A DNA stretch of 64,000 nt from a virus. Its lineage: Duplodnaviria; Caudoviricetes. The stretch is taken from positions 128,001-192,000 of the IMG/VR virus record IMGVR_UViG_3300042465_005116. One strand, written 5' to 3'. A program made the position numbers and the translations under genes. The notes below the pieces were generated by a model, which did no database searches, was not told the DNA's origin, and worked only from the letters and a program-made list of their open reading frames with translations. Positions within the stretch are counted from its first letter, which is position 1. Every line of letters begins with the position of its first letter. Below, one piece after another: positions 54,214 through 63,997 of this stretch.

Positions 54214-54419
54214 ATTGATTTATAATTTAAATAAACGTCTCTAATTGCATTTAATCTAAGTTGAACATCATCGCCATAAAATCCAAGTGAGTGGTCATAT
54301 AAATCATATAAAAATTGATAATCCGCTTTACTAATATGATTTAGTCCATCTACCCAATACCAAGCTATTAATGTTTGTAATGCTTGTTTTCGTTCTTCGG
54401 TCATTTCATTCTTCACCAT
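54210..54419 (-). CDS. hypothetical protein
   Basis: 69-aa ORF. Confidence 0.5.
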   Translation of the reverse strand: MVKNEMTEERKQALQTLIAWYWVDGLNHISKADYQFLYDLYDHSLGFYGDDVQLRLNAIRDVYLNYKSI

Positions 54420-54494
54420 AATCTAGTTATTTTAAGGTTAAATAAAAGAAGGAGGGGAGAAACTCCCCCCATTCAGTTGTAATAATGATTAACC

Positions 54495-55712
54495 CTAAAA
54501 CTGTGGAATCTCATCCACATTATCTTCAGTCTTCGCTTCGAAAAGCGGAGAACCATTTTCATCCTTTTCGTACTTTTGAACTAATTGCTTAACATAAGTT
54601 CTTTCAGAATCAACCCCACCATCGTTAGAGAAGAAAGGGAAGATTGAAATCTCTGCAGCTTCAAACAAATTGAATCCATCATAAACCAAACTCGCCATTT
54701 CAACCGATGCTCTGGTAGAAACCATTGAGGATAACTTTCCACTATCACTCATTGATTGAGTTCTTGTGTGGTGAGAAATCTCAGAGATTGCTTTCAAATC
54801 ATCTTCAGCAACTTCTGGGAACATATATTTAAGTAATTCAAATTCCTGTACATCATTCAACACATCCATTTCAATTGTTACGAAACGGTCTAACATTGCT
54901 CGGTCAATAACACGAGTAGAGGTATATTCAGAACCAATATTGGCAGTTGCGATAAAGGTAACTCCGTCTGCAACATTTACAATTGGTGAACCTTCTGCCT
55001 CGTCCAATCGTAAGTATCTTTGACCTTGGTCTAAAACACTCATTAAGATATTCCAAGCATCTGGGTGAGCTCTACTTAACTCATCCAATAAGATAACTGC
55101 GTTTGGTGTCTTAATCGCTTTAACGAAAGCAGATTCAGAGAAGAACGTTCCCTTGCCTTGGTCAAAGTGAGTATTACCAATTAAGGTTGCTCTCGGGTCT
55201 TGAGTGGCACCTAAGTTGAAATAGAAATCAGGTCTCTCTAATGATTTAACCAACGCCTTTGCGGCTAATGTTTTACCACAACCAGCAGGGCCGGTCATCA
55301 TAATATTCTTAGCACGAACTGCTGAACGTATTAAATATTTCCACTTAAGGTCTGTCATCACCAACTCACGTGGTTTTAACGATACCGAACCCTTGTGGAT
55401 GAAATCCTTAACTGCATTGTGGTCTGCGGATTCCTCAATTTGGATACCACCATCTGCGGTATTCATTGGGATAATCATCGCGTTATATACACCCATATCT
55501 ACTTTACGATAGGTTTTTTTACCTGTCTTATCTACATAGGCTTGAACCGCTTTACCTTCGTTGAAGGCTTGTTTACGGGTTAAGGATGTACCTAATGTAC
55601 CAACCTTGTTACCGGCAGTGTCAATCATTTTGAAAGTACTACCAAATTTTTCTACTTTGTAGATTTCGTTAGCAACGAACCCTACCACATTTAAATCGAG
55701 ATTTTTTTTCAT
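54495..55712 (-). CDS. MoxR-family AAA+ ATPase (CbbQ/NorQ/CobS-like)
   Basis: GPAGCGKT, LLDELSRA, FIATANIG, DRAMLDRF; start MKKNLD. Confidence 0.9.
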   Translation of the reverse strand: MKKNLDLNVVGFVANEIYKVEKFGSTFKMIDTAGNKVGTLGTSLTRKQAFNEGKAVQAYVDKTGKKTYRKVDMGVYNAMIIPMNTADGGIQIEESADHNAVKDFIHKGSVSLKPRELVMTDLKWKYLIRSAVRAKNIMMTGPAGCGKTLAAKALVKSLERPDFYFNLGATQDPRATLIGNTHFDQGKGTFFSESAFVKAIKTPNAVILLDELSRAHPDAWNILMSVLDQGQRYLRLDEAEGSPIVNVADGVTFIATANIGSEYTSTRVIDRAMLDRFVTIEMDVLNDVQEFELLKYMFPEVAEDDLKAISEISHHTRTQSMSDSGKLSSMVSTRASVEMASLVYDGFNLFEAAEISIFPFFSNDGGVDSERTYVKQLVQKYEKDENGSPLFEAKTEDNVDEIPQF

Positions 55713-55747
55713 TGTTTTAAGTTTTAATGTTATCAATTATTACAAAG

Positions 55748-55779
55748 CTAATATACGACCTTTTATTGAGATTTCCAAA
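55748..55779 (-). promoter_or_regulatory. early-type promoter of the MoxR ATPase
   Basis: TTTG-N20-TATATTAG followed by CTTTG. Confidence 0.7.
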
Positions 55780-55849
55780 TATATTGCCATTTATTTTTAA
55801 AGTTTTTTTATGAATAAAAACAAGCCATTGAAAACCAATGACTTATATA

Positions 55850-57943
55850 TTATTTAGAAAGAAAGAGTGAATTCATTGTTTTGGTGATTTGTGAAACGTT
55901 TGTCACATCAATACATTCAGCACCCTTACCATACATCGTTTTAAATGCCGATGAAATTCTACCTGAACTACCTTCCTCTACGAAGTAAGAAAGTGTTTTA
56001 ATACCCATCCCTTCAATTTGTCTAACCATCTTTTGAGTATGTTTGTAAGCAGGTCCACCATGATAATCAAACTTACTTCCATTAAAGTAAGGTTCACCAT
56101 CGGATATGTTTAAGAAATACGAATCCATATCGTTATTAGATGGAACTAACAATTTCATAATTGCTTCGTAACATAATCCTTCCGGTGTAGTACCCCCTGC
56201 ATTTAAGCCAGGGAATAAAGCTTTCACTTTTGAAATCTTATCAACTCGTGAATCATAAGCAATAACCACATAAGGTTTTGAATCGGTTGTGGTTCTGATT
56301 GAAATCTGAATTGATAGATTTTGAATCATATCAACTGCCTTACATAACGCGGTTACGTTGGTAAGAGTTTCCACCCATTTTCTACCACTCATTGAACCAG
56401 ATGCATCAATCGAAACGTGCAAGTTAGCCTTTTTGTATGAATCAATCTCAGTAAATTGGAAAACGTTTTCGTTTCCGAATCCTAATGATGAAATCATTCT
56501 CTTATCAATACGACCAACTTTTTGTCTATTAAAGACCGTCGTTCTATCTTCACCTCGTACCTGTAATCTCTTACCTAACAAAGTTCCGATACGAATTCCG
56601 TTGTCAATTGCAGCCTGATTATATTTGTGAAATTCCTTAGTTTCCCAATTTACATAACTAAGAGGGAACGTGTCGGTATTCATCAATGCCGTAGTTAATT
56701 TATTAACCACAATACATTCAACACCTCGTTGTGGGTTACCCCAACCATTTGGCATATCCACACCCACCGATTTAATTTCAGAACCAGATTCTTCAATTGA
56801 GTTAAGGTCTGTCAATTCTCTATTACTAATACCCTTCTTATGGATATTACCACGTAAGAAATCTTTTTGTTTATCTATTTTCTTTTTTAATAACTTTTTT
56901 TGAGTTTCTGATAATTCGGTAGCCGATTTTGAACTACCATCTGAATCAGAGGTAGATGGCTTACCACCTTCCATCGGAGATGATGCAGACATTGATGAAC
57001 CTCCCATTGAATTTTCATCTTCATCACCCACCATTTCAGTTTTACCATTTTCAGAATCAGAATCAGATTCATCCGATTCATCATTTGATTGACCAGAACC
57101 ACCACCACCTTCACCTTCTTCGTCTCCATTTTCTCCCTCACCGGTTTCACCTTGTGTAGAGTTAGATTGGTCTTGTGCTTTAGTTGCGATAGGTAAGTTA
57201 GTTAAAATCTCTTCAAAGATACTCAATGCAACATCAAACGCATCTTTTGTAGATTGTAAACGGCTGATATTACCCAACCCAACCAATTTGTAAATGGCTT
57301 TAAGACCGTTCAACTTATTAAGGTCAGCGTTTTTATTATGGAGGTTGATAATTCTGAACATATATGATTCAATAGTTTCCTCATTATATTCATCACTTTT
57401 CAATGCCTTATCAATTAAAGGGTCATTAAAGTACTTATCATACATTGAACGATAATACTCTCTATAACCAGGTGCCTGATTAAATACATACCAGTCAATT
57501 CGTCTATCTTCAACATAGTTCCAAATATCTTTTACGATTGATATCGGATTCATAATCCCTTTTTTAATTGCGGAATCAGAAACCGAAGCGGGAATCATTG
57601 AATGAATATCTCTCAATAATTCAAAGTTAGATAATTTAATGTGAGAACCCTCGTGTAACGCCAATCCAACTGCCACGTCAAAATCCTTTGGTTCAACTAC
57701 ATTAGAACCAATTACCACTGCTTTACCATCAGTATAGGAATTACCCTTACCGGAGAATTTCACAGGAATTGATTTGTTAGTAACAATGTTTACGAAGTTT
57801 GAAATCGCCCTCTTTGCAGTGGCTAATTTATAAAGGTCATGTGATTTACGCTCAACATCATTCATGTTGGTAACTAAGATGTCATCATCTTCCCAATCGC
57901 GTAACCAGTAAGAGGCGTGGGGTTTATAAGAATATTTACTCAT
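55850..57943 (-). CDS. von Willebrand factor A protein with N-terminal HExxH domain and acidic linker (CobT-like)
   Basis: LHEGSHIK; E/D/S/G-rich linker; MIDAS DASGSMS, GGTTPEG, ISDGEP. Confidence 0.85.
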   Translation of the reverse strand: MSKYSYKPHASYWLRDWEDDDILVTNMNDVERKSHDLYKLATAKRAISNFVNIVTNKSIPVKFSGKGNSYTDGKAVVIGSNVVEPKDFDVAVGLALHEGSHIKLSNFELLRDIHSMIPASVSDSAIKKGIMNPISIVKDIWNYVEDRRIDWYVFNQAPGYREYYRSMYDKYFNDPLIDKALKSDEYNEETIESYMFRIINLHNKNADLNKLNGLKAIYKLVGLGNISRLQSTKDAFDVALSIFEEILTNLPIATKAQDQSNSTQGETGEGENGDEEGEGGGGSGQSNDESDESDSDSENGKTEMVGDEDENSMGGSSMSASSPMEGGKPSTSDSDGSSKSATELSETQKKLLKKKIDKQKDFLRGNIHKKGISNRELTDLNSIEESGSEIKSVGVDMPNGWGNPQRGVECIVVNKLTTALMNTDTFPLSYVNWETKEFHKYNQAAIDNGIRIGTLLGKRLQVRGEDRTTVFNRQKVGRIDKRMISSLGFGNENVFQFTEIDSYKKANLHVSIDASGSMSGRKWVETLTNVTALCKAVDMIQNLSIQISIRTTTDSKPYVVIAYDSRVDKISKVKALFPGLNAGGTTPEGLCYEAIMKLLVPSNNDMDSYFLNISDGEPYFNGSKFDYHGGPAYKHTQKMVRQIEGMGIKTLSYFVEEGSSGRISSAFKTMYGKGAECIDVTNVSQITKTMNSLFLSK

Positions 57944-57978
57944 ATGTTTATGTTTTAGTGTTATCAATTATTACAAAG

Positions 57979-58112
57979 CTAAACTACTAATAAAAATCGG
58001 TATTTCCAAATTTTTACCCATTTATTTTTAAATTATTTTGGGTCTTACTATTAGGGGTGTTATCTCTCATTGTTATAAAGCTAAACTACACATTATTTAC
58101 CACATTTCCAAA
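57979..58112 (-). promoter_or_regulatory. tandem early-type promoters
   Basis: TTTG-N20-TAGTTTAG at 57979-58010 and at 58081-58112. Confidence 0.7.
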
Positions 58113-58193
58113 TATTTTACCAATTATTTTAAAAAAAAAATAACCTATTGGTTATCAATAGGTTATATATAATTTTTTTAAGATAAGATTAAA

Positions 58194-58502
58194 TTAGTTG
58201 TATTTTAATCCAAAGAAACCATAGTTCTTATGTACGGAGTCTTCATCTCCTGCCCCAATTGCGATATCTTCATCTTCATAGATAGCAGAAACGGGACACT
58301 CCGGCACACACGCTCCACAATTTATACAAGTATCTGGGTTGATATACATTTGCCCACCGGGAAATGCTGCTCTACCATCTCTTTCAATTTCACCGCCTGA
58401 ACCTTCCATATCAATAGGTCCATGAATACAATCAACTGGACATGCACTTGCACATGCAGTATCCATACAATCAACACAAGCCCTACCAATGATAAAACTC
58501 AT
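58194..58502 (-). CDS. 4Fe-4S dicluster ferredoxin
   Basis: CVDCMDTACASACPVDC and CINCGACVPECP. Confidence 0.9.
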   Translation of the reverse strand: MSFIIGRACVDCMDTACASACPVDCIHGPIDMEGSGGEIERDGRAAFPGGQMYINPDTCINCGACVPECPVSAIYEDEDIAIGAGDEDSVHKNYGFFGLKYN

Positions 58503-58521
58503 AATTTATATTTTTTTATTT

Positions 58522-58926
58522 TTAGATTCCTTCAAGGATTAATTCCTGTAATCCTTGCTTTTGTCTATAATCTTTTATTGCTTCTTTTATCGCATCTTCT
58601 GCCAATACTGAACAATGTATCTTAACTGGTGGTAGGGATAGTTCCTCTACCAATTCCATATTATCCATTTTGATTGCATCATCTATTGACATTCCTTTCA
58701 ACCATTCCGTTGCTAGGGATGATGCTGCTATTGCAGAACCACATCCAAAGGTTTTGAATTTGGCATCAGTTATGATATTATCATTAACTTCTATTTGTAG
58801 TCTCATTACATCACCACATTCAGGTGCACCCACTAATCCCGTACCTACGTTGGATTTACTTTTATCCAAAGTACCTACGTTACGTGGGTTATTGAAATGG
58901 TCTATTACTTTATCTCCGTATGCCAT
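58522..58926 (-). CDS. iscU: Fe-S cluster scaffold IscU
   Basis: NPRNVG, GAPECGDVMRLQI, FKTFGCGSAIA, LPPVKIHCS. Confidence 0.95.
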   Translation of the reverse strand: MAYGDKVIDHFNNPRNVGTLDKSKSNVGTGLVGAPECGDVMRLQIEVNDNIITDAKFKTFGCGSAIAASSLATEWLKGMSIDDAIKMDNMELVEELSLPPVKIHCSVLAEDAIKEAIKDYRQKQGLQELILEGI

Positions 58927-58929
58927 AAT

Positions 58930-59163
58930 TTATTTTTTATTTAAGTATCTCGTAAGAAATATATACACCAACCAAAAAGAGCCTGAAATTGAGTAAAAGA
59001 TAACGTCTGCTCCCCAATACGAACCTGTCAGTTCCATCATTAGTTTGAATAGTGCATCGTAACCAAGTGGTAGAAAGAACATCGCTAACATTAGTGATGT
59101 ATCTTTGTAAAGCATCAAGCGATGCTCCTTTTCCTTTAATTTGTTTAGTTTTTTTACTATCAC
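58930..59163 (-). CDS. small two-helix membrane protein
   Basis: Two TM segments. Confidence 0.55.
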   Translation of the reverse strand: MIVKKLNKLKEKEHRLMLYKDTSLMLAMFFLPLGYDALFKLMMELTGSYWGADVIFYSISGSFWLVYIFLTRYLNKK

Positions 59164-59223
59164 CGTCGTTCATTTATAAGTTAGTTTCGTGAATAATGCG
59201 TAACCTTTTATATAAGTATCATC

Positions 59224-60552
59224 CTAATCAATATAAAGGAAATCCAAATATTTATCAGATTTTAATTTCTGACGTATTCTTTCATCTGAACATTTAAAGT
59301 GATTTGCTGCTTCTAATAAGGAATAAAACTCCATACCTTCACAACTAATTATCGGCACTTCTATACGAATTGTGCCGTTCCATAGTTTTTCCATTTCATC
59401 ATATGTAATATCCCATTCATCAGTTTTTTTCCAATGACGGTATTTTAAGTTACCGGAATCTATAAAATTACGAGCTCGTTGTTCACTAAAATCTCCACCA
59501 ATTAGTTCTGCTATTTGTTTAGGAGTTTCAAATGGAATACCATCCACCTCATATCGAATTGTGGGTTTGGTTTCTGCTCCTACTATTTGCCAATCTTTGT
59601 ATTTTGATTTAGTAGATTTGCATCTACGTTCTATCTCCGTTGCAACTAATTCATTTGGGTCTATTGATATTGCTGCTTCTCTGAATGATTTATATCTAAT
59701 CCCATCTACAATACATTTATACGAACCATCCCAATTAATATCTTCAGTTGCTAAATCAGGATTACCCTTTACAAATACTAATACGTTTTGATGAACCGAT
59801 GCTATTTTTCGATTTCTATCAAAATATGTTTTGGATATTTTAGATGCCTGATGTTGTGAGTTAAATAACACCATATCGTTATAAAAACTAAAACCAATTT
59901 CCTCACATCCCATTATTGTTTTAGCAACTAAGTTTCGATACTTACCAATTTTATAATTCCCTGTCTTAGATACCTCACGGGTTTCTGATAGAACTATACA
60001 AAAGAATCTATTATCTTTTAGTTTAGAATAGGACTCAGTTAAAATGTGTGCATATGCATCATCAAAATCCTCATCATCCATATTTGATAAATCGTTTTCA
60101 TTATCAGAATATATTTCTAAATCGTAGTAAGGTGGACATGTAAATACAAAATCATAGGTTTCATCATCAAGTGTTTCCAATATCGTTGCACTATCACCTA
60201 CTATCCAATTTGGTTTTTCAGATTGTTTTTGATTTGCAAGGATTTGAGTTTCTGATATATCAATACCTGTGTAATGGTATCCCATTTCTGATGCAACTAT
60301 TCCTCTAACACTACCTCCTGCAAATGGGTCTAATATAGTTCCACCTTTGGGACAAAACCAATCATACATCAATTCACATAATGTAGCATCAAATATTGAT
60401 ACGGAAGGTTCTTCAGTATCCCAAAAATTTGTTTTGGAAATAGTTTGTTCTCTACCTAATTCGGATTGAATTTTATAGGTATTAATCCACCATCTCTTTC
60501 TATCTTGCCACTCTTTTGTACGAGTGTCTAAAATAGAGAAAGGTTTAATCAT
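59224..60552 (-). CDS. amino-DNA methyltransferase with C-terminal NUMOD1/HTH-like repeats
   Basis: DPFAGG (motif I), FTCPPYY (motif IV); three DG/EG-x-x-(Y/F)-x-(S/T)-x-x-(E/Q)-(A/I)-A repeats. Confidence 0.8.
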   Translation of the reverse strand: MIKPFSILDTRTKEWQDRKRWWINTYKIQSELGREQTISKTNFWDTEEPSVSIFDATLCELMYDWFCPKGGTILDPFAGGSVRGIVASEMGYHYTGIDISETQILANQKQSEKPNWIVGDSATILETLDDETYDFVFTCPPYYDLEIYSDNENDLSNMDDEDFDDAYAHILTESYSKLKDNRFFCIVLSETREVSKTGNYKIGKYRNLVAKTIMGCEEIGFSFYNDMVLFNSQHQASKISKTYFDRNRKIASVHQNVLVFVKGNPDLATEDINWDGSYKCIVDGIRYKSFREAAISIDPNELVATEIERRCKSTKSKYKDWQIVGAETKPTIRYEVDGIPFETPKQIAELIGGDFSEQRARNFIDSGNLKYRHWKKTDEWDITYDEMEKLWNGTIRIEVPIISCEGMEFYSLLEAANHFKCSDERIRQKLKSDKYLDFLYID

Positions 60553-60913
60553 TTTGTTTTGATTTGTAATATTCTTCTATCTTCATATCAAGATAATCAA
60601 TAGAACCACTATGTGTACTAGAAAACCCTTCATACTTTAAATACCGTTTAATCGCATTAGGATTTTCTTCTAATTCCGATTTTAATTTTTTTAACTCCGG
60701 TAGATGTGCAGTAATATAGGTCATAACTTATTTATTTTTTAATATTCATCCGAAGTAAACCCATTAGATTTTCTTTCCAAATCTTCATATAGGGCATCCA
60801 TCTCCTTTAAGACAAGTTTTACCTGTCTCCAATCTTGCTCATCTATTGCATCTTCTAAAATATTACAATATTTTCCAATAAGCGTTGTTAAATCATCCAT
60901 ATATCTTTTTAAT

Positions 60914-61777
60914 TTATTTTATATATATATCATTTTCTATATTTTTAATTATAGAATTTGAAATTAAATTATGAAATTTTAAGCTTGGATGGTCATTATT
61001 AGACCAGGGTAAATCAGTTGCTATTCTATATTCCGATTTAGAATTGTATACTGAAAAAATAGTTTCATATTCTTTACCATCCGACTCAATAGATACCAGA
61101 TTTTCTTTGTAAAAATTATATAATTCTAAATCTATATTTTTTAAGTTCTCATATTTTTGAATATCATTTGTCCAAGTTCCTAATAATTTTATTTTTATAC
61201 CAGTTTTCTGAATATCTAATAGGAATTTTAATGTCTTTATTAATTCGGTAATTGAGTATTCATTGTCGATATCTATTGGAGTCTTACCATTAAAATAACG
61301 ATTGTATAATTCATATGATTTATACTTTTTATATTCATCCAAACTAAGTTCATTACATTCGTAACTAATTCTGTCATTTAGAATTTCTCTTACCGAAATA
61401 CTGCAACAATCATTTGTACATTTATCGTGAATATAGACATCTCTTAAAATTTCAGTAAATTGTAATACTATATATTCAATATCACCCTCATACTCTAATA
61501 ATGATGATGATATAAACTTACGCATAGTAGTCAAACTTCCACCATTCTTTGGATATACTAAATCAAATGTATTAAAGTGTTGTGCTACTTTTCTAGCAAA
61601 CCGATTTGATTCTATAAACTTGATATGACCAGGTTTCTGATACATAACTGCTTCTGGAAAGTAATATCCCTTATGCTCTTGTTTATAATAATCGTACCGA
61701 ATCGTTGGGTATTCGGAATATAATTCTAATGCTTCACCCCATGTGAACGAACATCCTGCGAATATTATACCTTTCAT
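60914..61777 (-). CDS. SGNH-like protein
   Basis: AGCSFTWG, NGGS, QFT, DHP. Confidence 0.65.
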   Translation of the reverse strand: MKGIIFAGCSFTWGEALELYSEYPTIRYDYYKQEHKGYYFPEAVMYQKPGHIKFIESNRFARKVAQHFNTFDLVYPKNGGSLTTMRKFISSSLLEYEGDIEYIVLQFTEILRDVYIHDKCTNDCCSISVREILNDRISYECNELSLDEYKKYKSYELYNRYFNGKTPIDIDNEYSITELIKTLKFLLDIQKTGIKIKLLGTWTNDIQKYENLKNIDLELYNFYKENLVSIESDGKEYETIFSVYNSKSEYRIATDLPWSNNDHPSLKFHNLISNSIIKNIENDIYIK

Positions 61778-62979
61778 AAAAATAGTTTATTTATTAAATC
61801 AGTTCTATGTTCGTTCTTCTCACTTATTAAGTGATATAGATTTGAAATATTGTTTTGAAATTTATCTCTATGAGTATCCCATAGTTCATTTACTTTAGAT
61901 GTAGTAACATATGTATCTACAAATTGTTTAAATCTAGTAATACAATCTTGTTGTAAACTATAAATTAAACTATGATTTTGTACGAAGTTATGTAAATTAC
62001 TTTGTTGCAACATATCATATGAAAAGAACCCCAAACGTTCCAACTCTTTTGTCATTGTGTACGAACAACAATTATAAAATGGAAATCCGTAGTAATATTC
62101 TTTAAAAGTTTTTTCAGTTATGAATACTTCCGGCTCTTCTAAACAAGTTTCAAATGTAATATGCATTTTAGCATCATACATATCGTTGAAATATGTATTA
62201 TGTAAGTTTACTTTATTAAGATTTAAAAAAATCCTATCTACTGATTGTAATGTATCCTCTGAGTTCACATCGTATTCAAGCACATTTAGGTGTCTTAAAT
62301 CACTTATTTTTTTTACGTTAAGATGTTCTGAATTAGAAAGTAAGTATTTAGAAATTTCATCTCTCCAACCTTTGTATCCATCTCTATGATATAAAGCTAT
62401 ATCGAAATTATGTGCTATGTTTTCTTTTTTAGAATACCATCGTTCCTCTAAGTGAATTAATGATTGGTATCTAAGAAATCCAGAATAAGCATTTTGTATG
62501 AAATTTTTATGAGAACGAGTCTCAACATCAATATTAAACCCAAATTCTTTTTTAATAAATTCATCAGAATGTGTAATTGAATCTAAATTTGAACTCAATA
62601 ATAATAATCCCATCTCTAAGCATTTTACTTTGAGTTTGGAATGGTGATATATTTCACCATCATTTTCTAATGAAATGATTTTACCAAAGCCCTGAGTCTT
62701 TAATCGATTGAATTTATCATACCCATCAATGCTACCATCAATGTAGGTGATAATTATTGAATTTTGAAAAGAAGGTAATTTTAATGGATTAGTTTCAACA
62801 AAATGATTTATTTCATTTGTAATATATACATCAAATTTATGAGAATCAACTTCAGCTAAAAATCTATATGGTTCTGAATGCTGTAAACTATCTACATATA
62901 TTTTATTCACATATGGTTTTAATAAACGATATACAAATAAAAAATCTGTTCTATTTTCAGTTATGATGTGTGTAACCAA
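61774..62979 (-). CDS. putative glycosyltransferase-like protein
   Basis: ITFET...FITEKTFKEYYYGFPF...LGF, resembling the C-terminus of 28493..29659. Confidence 0.45.
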   Translation of the reverse strand: MVTHIITENRTDFLFVYRLLKPYVNKIYVDSLQHSEPYRFLAEVDSHKFDVYITNEINHFVETNPLKLPSFQNSIIITYIDGSIDGYDKFNRLKTQGFGKIISLENDGEIYHHSKLKVKCLEMGLLLLSSNLDSITHSDEFIKKEFGFNIDVETRSHKNFIQNAYSGFLRYQSLIHLEERWYSKKENIAHNFDIALYHRDGYKGWRDEISKYLLSNSEHLNVKKISDLRHLNVLEYDVNSEDTLQSVDRIFLNLNKVNLHNTYFNDMYDAKMHITFETCLEEPEVFITEKTFKEYYYGFPFYNCCSYTMTKELERLGFFSYDMLQQSNLHNFVQNHSLIYSLQQDCITRFKQFVDTYVTTSKVNELWDTHRDKFQNNISNLYHLISEKNEHRTDLINKLFL

Positions 62980-63115
62980 TTTAATTAAATTTATCTACCT
63001 TGACCACGATAATTCTTTTCTTTTCTATCGTGTCTATTAGTAGTTTTAGATGCCTTACCGGATTTTCTTTTTCCGAATGTTACTTTTGATGTAGTTAAGG
63101 ATTTTCCTTTTGCCA

Positions 63116-63997
63116 TTATTTGATAAACCCTGCGGATTTCAATGCCCTAGCATTTAATACCCACTGTTTTCCTATTGGGTTGTAAATAGGTTTGCGTAGA
63201 AATTGGTCAATAGATGTTTGAATATTTCGTGCGATGGGTTTATCAGATGTTACAACCTTTCCGGCTTTTTTATCCTTAAAATTATAAATGTTTTTACTAT
63301 AACTAGTGTTGTCAACAATTATAAAATTTCCACCAAACATACCTTGAAATGCACCTAAGTTATTTTGACAATCCTTCCAGATTTTATTTACTAAATCATC
63401 GGATAATGTCCTATCCCTTTCTGCATTTCTCTTTAACGCAACCTCCAGCGAAGTATTTACGAATACCATATAACAATCGTATCCTAAACTTTCTGCATGT
63501 TCTTTCTTTTTCTTTATTTTAGTAACCTCATCACCAGTACCATCGATAATCATACCCAACCTACCTGCTTCATAAAAAGCTCTTTGTTTATTGGTTAAGT
63601 CTTTTGCATGGTTTCTAATTGAATTTTTATTATCTTCTCCTGCAATCATATCCCAAAGTTCCGGATTTTCTTTTTCAATCGTACCTAAATCTTTTGAATT
63701 GATTCCGTTATCCTTTAATCCTTTTTCAAATAGACTATCAGAGTTAATTAATTTTAACCCACCAGCAGATACTGCTGACATTGTTTTATGTGATACCCCA
63801 AAAATCTCATTTGCAATGAAAGATTTACCACTTCCTGGTCCACCTGCCATAAATACACATTTTAGGATGCCGGGGTCATCTACACCTTCAAGTATTAAAT
63901 GTTCAATGATAGATTCCTTTATGGATATCATTTCAGATTCCATATCAAACATATTATCAACTATAATTGCTTCTGCAATTAATTTCTTAATACTCAT
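63116..63997 (-). CDS. zeta-toxin-like P-loop kinase
   Basis: CVFMAGGPGSGKSF, INSD, IIDGTG, MVFVNTSLEVALKRNAER. Confidence 0.75.
   Translation of the reverse strand: MSIKKLIAEAIIVDNMFDMESEMISIKESIIEHLILEGVDDPGILKCVFMAGGPGSGKSFIANEIFGVSHKTMSAVSAGGLKLINSDSLFEKGLKDNGINSKDLGTIEKENPELWDMIAGEDNKNSIRNHAKDLTNKQRAFYEAGRLGMIIDGTGDEVTKIKKKKEHAESLGYDCYMVFVNTSLEVALKRNAERDRTLSDDLVNKIWKDCQNNLGAFQGMFGGNFIIVDNTSYSKNIYNFKDKKAGKVVTSDKPIARNIQTSIDQFLRKPIYNPIGKQWVLNARALKSAGFIK

Noticed and set aside
2643-62389. Numerous short antisense or overlapping ORFs in the track (e.g. 2643+, 9690+, 17578-, 21262+, 37537+, 56358+, 62120+)
   Set aside because: They are shadows of longer genes on the opposite strand or in another frame, with no independent evidence.
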